32,000 nt of DNA from Phycisphaera mikurensis NBRC 102666 (lineage in GTDB: Bacteria; Planctomycetota; Phycisphaerae; Phycisphaerales; Phycisphaeraceae), in assembly GCF_000284115.1 (NCBI RefSeq), contig NC_017080.1, positions 2,430,001 through 2,462,000 on the forward strand. The letters run 5' to 3'. This document shows, in pieces, positions 28,274 to 32,000 of this stretch. The position numbers and the translations under genes were made by a program. The notes under the pieces are model-generated. The model was not told where the DNA came from. It ran no database searches and was given only the letters and a program-made list of their open reading frames with translations. Positions within the stretch are counted from its first letter, which is position 1; every line of letters begins with the position of its first letter.

Positions 28274-29296
28274 ATGCGCCTCGCCCTCCTCACCGATGCC
28301 TGGCACCCCCAGGTCAACGGCGTCGTCCGCACGTGGAACCGCGTGGTGGAGGAGCTGGTGTCGGCCGGCGCCGGGGTGGAGGTGATCCACCCCGGGCTCT
28401 TCCGCACCTTCCCCGCCCCGCGCTACCCCGAGATCCGCCTCGCCTTCTGGCCCGGGCCCGGGGTGCGGGAGCGGCTGGACGCGTTCGAGCCGACGCACGT
28501 GCACGTCGCCACCGAGGGGCCGGTGGGCCTGGCGGGGCGGCGGGCCTGCCTCCGCCGCGGGTGGCGCTTCACCAGCAGCTACCACACGAAGTACCCGCAG
28601 TACCTGCGGGCTTACTTCGGCATCCCGCGGCCGTTCACCCTCGCCTTCGTCCGCCGCTTCCACAACGCCGCGCAGGCCACGCTGTGCCCGACGCCGAGCG
28701 TCGTCGACGAGCTCGCCGCCGAGGGCCTGACCGGGCTGCGGCCCTGGTCCCGCGGCGTCGACACCGCCGTCTTCCACCCCGGAGCCGGTCCGGCCCCCGC
28801 GTCCATGGCCGCCCTCGAGAAGCCGGTCTTCCTCTGCGTCGGCCGCGTCGCGAAAGAGAAGAACCTCGCGGCCTTCCTCGACCTCGACCTGCCCGGCTCG
28901 AAGGTGGTCGTCGGCGACGGACCGGCCCGCCGGGCCCTCGCCCGGAAGCACCCCGGCGTGCTCTTCACGGGCGTGCAGAAGGGAGACGCGCTCGCCCGCC
29001 ACTACGCAGCCGCCGACGCCTTCGTCTTCCCGAGCCTCACCGACACCTACGGCGTCGTCATGCTCGAGGCCAACGCCGCCGGGCTTCCCGTCGCCGCCTT
29101 CCCCGTCACCGGCCCCATCGACGTGGTGGTCGACGGCGTCACCGGCTGCCTGAACCAGGACCTCCGGGCCGCCTGCCTCGACGCGCTGGAGCTGGACCCC
29201 GCCGACGCCCGCGCCCACGCCGAAGCCAACAGCTGGGCCCGGTGCGCCCAGATCGTGCGGGAGACGCTGGTCCCGATCCGCGGACCGTCGGCCTGA
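28274..29296 (+). CDS. GT4-family (GT-B, group 1) glycosyltransferase
   Basis: N-terminus MRLALLTDAWHPQVNGVVRT. The C-terminal donor-binding region is FLCVGRVAKEKNL...VVGDGP...FVFPSLTDTYGVVMLEANAAGLPV, an E-x7-E-type motif. Confidence 0.85.
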   Translation: MRLALLTDAWHPQVNGVVRTWNRVVEELVSAGAGVEVIHPGLFRTFPAPRYPEIRLAFWPGPGVRERLDAFEPTHVHVATEGPVGLAGRRACLRRGWRFTSSYHTKYPQYLRAYFGIPRPFTLAFVRRFHNAAQATLCPTPSVVDELAAEGLTGLRPWSRGVDTAVFHPGAGPAPASMAALEKPVFLCVGRVAKEKNLAAFLDLDLPGSKVVVGDGPARRALARKHPGVLFTGVQKGDALARHYAAADAFVFPSLTDTYGVVMLEANAAGLPVAAFPVTGPIDVVVDGVTGCLNQDLRAACLDALELDPADARAHAEANSWARCAQIVRETLVPIRGPSA

Positions 29297-29350
29297 GCAA
29301 GGCCCGGACGCCGCGGTCCGCGGCCGCGGCGGGCGGCCGGACCGTCCGCG

Positions 29351-29992
29351 TCACGCGCGGGCGAGGGCCTTGGCGCCGAGCACGTAGGGCAGCCCGCTGG
29401 CCACGGTCACGGCGACGGTGAGCAGCACGAGGCCGTCCCGCACCCAGCCCATCCAGGCGTGTCCGGGCAGCGTCGGGTCGAGCGCGACGATCAGCAGCAC
29501 CACCGGCACCACGACCGATTGCAGCACCATCTTCCACTTCCCCAGCGCCTTGGCCCCGAACTCGACGCCCTTCTGCTCGGCCACGCCGCGGATGCTGGTC
29601 ACCAGCAGCTCGCGGGCGAGCACCACCACGACCATCCACGGGTACACGCCGGAGACCATCGTCCGCAGGTCGCCCGCGGCCACGGCGGAGGGATCCACGA
29701 AGCGGGGGCTCGCGAGGTAGACGACCGCGCCCAGGACGAGAATCTTGTCGGCGAAGGGATCGATGATCCGGCCGAAGACGGAGGTCACCTCCCACTTCCG
29801 CGCGAGGTACCCGTCGGCCCAGTCGGTCAGTGCGGCCGCCACGAAGAGCACCAGCCCGACCCCGAGCAGCCAGCCCCGCCCCGCGAAGCCCGGCGCCTCG
29901 AACCGGAAGAAGTTCAGCGCCACGAAGAAGCCCGCCGCCAGCCCCAACCGCAGCACCGTGAGCGCGTTGGGGATCTGGCGGCGCGGCAGCAT
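29351..29992 (-). CDS. pgsA: CDP-alcohol phosphatidyltransferase (PgsA-like)
   Basis: Internal ATG at 29992 (MLPRRQIPNALTVLRL). The CDP-alcohol motif is D-W-A-D-G-YLARK...G...DPFADK. It has multiple TM helices. The track's 102-codon N-terminal extension is rejected. Confidence 0.8.
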   Translation of the reverse strand: MLPRRQIPNALTVLRLGLAAGFFVALNFFRFEAPGFAGRGWLLGVGLVLFVAAALTDWADGYLARKWEVTSVFGRIIDPFADKILVLGAVVYLASPRFVDPSAVAAGDLRTMVSGVYPWMVVVVLARELLVTSIRGVAEQKGVEFGAKALGKWKMVLQSVVVPVVLLIVALDPTLPGHAWMGWVRDGLVLLTVAVTVASGLPYVLGAKALARA

Positions 29993-30102
29993 GGCGCCAG
30001 CGTACGGAGGGCCCGCGCCGCCGCGCAGCGCCGCGGACCGCCGGCCCGGAGCCCCTCCGGGCGTCGCGGTCCGCGGAGCCCGACGCCGCCCGCCGCCCGT
30101 CA

Positions 30103-30114
30103 AGTGTTTACACT
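30103..30114. promoter_or_regulatory. Palindrome AGTGT-TT-ACACT in the pgsA/ferredoxin divergent spacer (candidate operator)
   Basis: Read directly: agtgtttacact. It is the only A/T-richer patch in the 153-bp spacer and lies 32 nt upstream of the ferredoxin ATG. Function is inferred only. Confidence 0.25.
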
Positions 30115-30145
30115 GCCCCGCCCGCTCTTTGATCGAGGATCCACG

Positions 30146-30457
30146 ATGCCCCAAGTCACCTACATCACCCCCGCGGGCGAGACCCGCGTCGTTGAAAACG
30201 CCGAGGGAACGCTCATGAGCGCAGCCGTCGCGAACCAGGTCGAAGGCATCGACGGCGACTGCGGCGGCGTGTGCAGCTGCGCCACCTGCCACGTGCACGT
30301 CGACCCGGCCTGGCAGGAGAAGGTCGGCCCCGCGACCGCCGCCGAGGAGGGCATGCTCGAGCTCGAGGACGAGGCCACCGAGGCCAGCCGCCTCGGCTGC
30401 CAGGTGACGCTGACGCCGGAGCTCGACGGCCTCGTGGTGCGCGTGGTCGGCCGTTGA
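30146..30457 (+). CDS. [2Fe-2S] ferredoxin, adrenodoxin/putidaredoxin type
   Basis: 103 aa with the cluster ligand pattern GDCGGVCSCATCHV...LGCQV, i.e. C-x5-C-x2-C...C. The ATG at 30146 lies inside a longer shadow ORF. Confidence 0.9.
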   Translation: MPQVTYITPAGETRVVENAEGTLMSAAVANQVEGIDGDCGGVCSCATCHVHVDPAWQEKVGPATAAEEGMLELEDEATEASRLGCQVTLTPELDGLVVRVVGR

Positions 30458-31740
30458 CCGCCGCCGCTCCCCACCTCGTCGTCGTCGGCGCCGGCCACGC
30501 CGCCGCCCAGCTGTGCGCCTCGCTGCACGCCACCGATTGGCCCGGACGCGTCACCGTCGTCGGCGACGAGCCCGGCCTGCCGTACCACCGGCCGCCCCTG
30601 TCGAAGGGCCGGCTGGATGCCGGCGAGCCCGGGGCCGCCGAAGCCGCCGGGGCCGACCTCATCCGCCCCGAGGCCTTCTACGACGACCACAACATCGCCC
30701 GCCGCGAGAGCGTCGCCGTCGTCGCCATCGACCGCGCGGCGAAAGAGCTGACGCTGCGTGGCGGCGGCGAGGACGAGAGGCTCGGCTACGACCTGCTCGT
30801 CCTCGCCACCGGCTCGCTGCACCGCCGCCCGCCGATCCCGGGCATCGACCACGAGCGGGTCCACACGCTGCGGACCGCGGCCGAGGCCGCGGCCGTCCGC
30901 GATCGGCTCGGGCAGGCCTCCTCGGTGGTCGTCATCGGCGCCGGCTTCATCGGCCTCGAGGTCGCCGCCTCGCTCCGCAAGCGGGGCCTGGGCGTGACCG
31001 TCCTGGAGATGGCCGACCGCGTGCTCGCCCGCGTCACCTCCGAGGAGGTGTCCGCCTTCTTCGCCGACCTGCACCGCGGCCACGGCGTGGACCTCCGCCT
31101 CGGTGCCGGCGCCACCGCCATCGACGACCGTCTCGGCGGGCTGAGGGTCCGCCTCGGCGACGGCGACGCGATCGACGCCGACTTCGTCGTCGTCGGCGCC
31201 GGGGCCGCGGCCAACGACGCCCTCGCCCGCGACGCGGGGCTGGAGATCGGCGAGCGGCCATTCGGCGGCGTCGTCGTCGACGCCCACCAGCGAACCGCCG
31301 ACCCCGCCGTCTTCGCCATCGGCGACTGCTGCAACCAGCTGAGCCACCTCTACGGCCGCCGCATGCGGCTGGAGAGCGTGCAGAACGCCAACGACCAGGC
31401 GAAGACCGCCGCCGCCGCGATCGCCGGCACGCCGCGGCCGCACGTGTCGATGCCGTGGTTCTGGTCCGACCAGTACGACGTGAAGCTGCAGATCGCCGGC
31501 CTCTCCACCGGCCACGACCGCTGCGTCCTCCGCGGCGAGCCGGCGGTCGGGCAGTCCTTCTCCGCCTGGTACCTCCAGGGCGGGAAGCTGCTCGCCGTCG
31601 ACGCGGTGAACGACCCCCGCGCCTACGCCGTCGCGGGCAAGCTGATCCCGCACGGCCTCACGCCCGACCCGGCGCTGATCGCCGACACCTCGGCGGGTCC
31701 CAAAGACCTCATCGCTTCCGCCAAGGGCGCCTCCTCATGA
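30454..31740 (+). CDS. FAD-dependent ferredoxin--NAD(P)+ reductase (putidaredoxin-reductase-like)
   Basis: FAD site LVVVGAGHAAAQ, RPPLSK, NAD site VVVIGAGFIGLEVAAS, AIGDC, and the C-terminal WFWSDQYD. The proposed TTG start overlaps the ferredoxin stop (TTGA); the start codon choice is uncertain. Confidence 0.85.
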   Translation: MTAAAPHLVVVGAGHAAAQLCASLHATDWPGRVTVVGDEPGLPYHRPPLSKGRLDAGEPGAAEAAGADLIRPEAFYDDHNIARRESVAVVAIDRAAKELTLRGGGEDERLGYDLLVLATGSLHRRPPIPGIDHERVHTLRTAAEAAAVRDRLGQASSVVVIGAGFIGLEVAASLRKRGLGVTVLEMADRVLARVTSEEVSAFFADLHRGHGVDLRLGAGATAIDDRLGGLRVRLGDGDAIDADFVVVGAGAAANDALARDAGLEIGERPFGGVVVDAHQRTADPAVFAIGDCCNQLSHLYGRRMRLESVQNANDQAKTAAAAIAGTPRPHVSMPWFWSDQYDVKLQIAGLSTGHDRCVLRGEPAVGQSFSAWYLQGGKLLAVDAVNDPRAYAVAGKLIPHGLTPDPALIADTSAGPKDLIASAKGASS

Positions 31741-32000
31741 GCGACGAACCCCACGCCCCGACCCCCGCCGGCTGCCCCCACGGCCGCGACCCCTTCAAAG
31801 CCGCCCGCGAAGCCGAGGGCGTCCAGCGGATGACCGCCGAGGGCGAGGAGATGCCGCTGGTGCTGCGCCTCCAGGACGTCCGCCGCGTCTGCAAGGACTG
31901 GAAGACCTTCAGCAACGACGACCCGCTGATGATCGTTCCCCACAGCGAGGAGAAGGTCCGCGACGTCCGCCAGCTGCCCATCGAGATCGACCCGCCGCAG
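31737..32000 (+). CDS. Cytochrome P450, N-terminal 88 codons (truncated by window end)
   Basis: This ORF is not in the track because it is open-ended. The ATG overlaps the reductase stop (ATGA). My translation is MSDEPHAPTPAGCPHGRDPFKAAREAEGVQRM...FSNDDPLMIVPHSEEKVRDVRQLPIEIDPPQ. It ends in the P450-typical (E/D)xDPPxH region, sits after Fdx/FdR genes, and has strong G/C third positions. Confidence 0.65.
   Translation, partial: MSDEPHAPTPAGCPHGRDPFKAAREAEGVQRMTAEGEEMPLVLRLQDVRRVCKDWKTFSNDDPLMIVPHSEEKVRDVRQLPIEIDPPQ

Noticed and set aside
29297-29350. Bidirectional terminator between the convergent GT4 and pgsA genes
   Set aside because: Short complementary segments (cggtccg/cggaccg) exist, but the stems are only 5 to 7 bp with a large loop and no U-tract. 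That is not distinguishable from chance in this G+C background.

Overview
High-G+C bacterial chromosomal window with diderm-type gene content (lpxI, mlaF/mlaD, ddl). The source may be Planctomycetota-like, but I cannot verify that from sequence alone. I can support about 30 protein genes and one tRNA. On the minus strand there is an envelope block: a DsbD-N-like protein, ddl, a conserved hypothetical, lpxI, mlaD, mlaF and a DegT-type aminotransferase. On the plus strand there is an imuA-imuB-dnaE2 mutasome cassette. The remaining genes are pheS, a fused betaine-type SBP-permease with a divergent ATPase, tRNA-Gly(CCC), a DHH phosphoesterase, ribF, a lipoprotein hydrolase, a DinG-family helicase, aspC, a parvulin, a Gfo/Idh/MocA oxidoreductase, a GT4 glycosyltransferase, pgsA, and a translationally coupled ferredoxin / ferredoxin reductase / P450 operon cut by the window end. 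Most other long ORFs in the track are Arg/Ala/Pro/Gly-rich shadow frames typical of high-G+C DNA. The main finding is a family of palindromic elements whose arms are tandem 8-bp repeats. (1) A 521-bp copy sits inside the dnaE2 ORF. It has a roughly 53-bp stem, and its loop carries a lower-G+C gene for a 23S-rRNA-IVS-type four-helix-bundle protein, read in a different frame from dnaE2. The dnaE2 frame stays open across the whole element. (2) A second, ORF-less copy looks like an internal-deletion derivative and lies 1.2 kb further into dnaE2, in the same translational phase. (3) A related octamer-variant palindromic array fills the aspC-dinG spacer. This is the architecture of an rRNA intervening sequence, but here it sits in the catalytic subunit gene of an error-prone polymerase. 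I have no explanation for this placement. Everything else in the window looks like ordinary core genome, with some minor repeats and hairpins.
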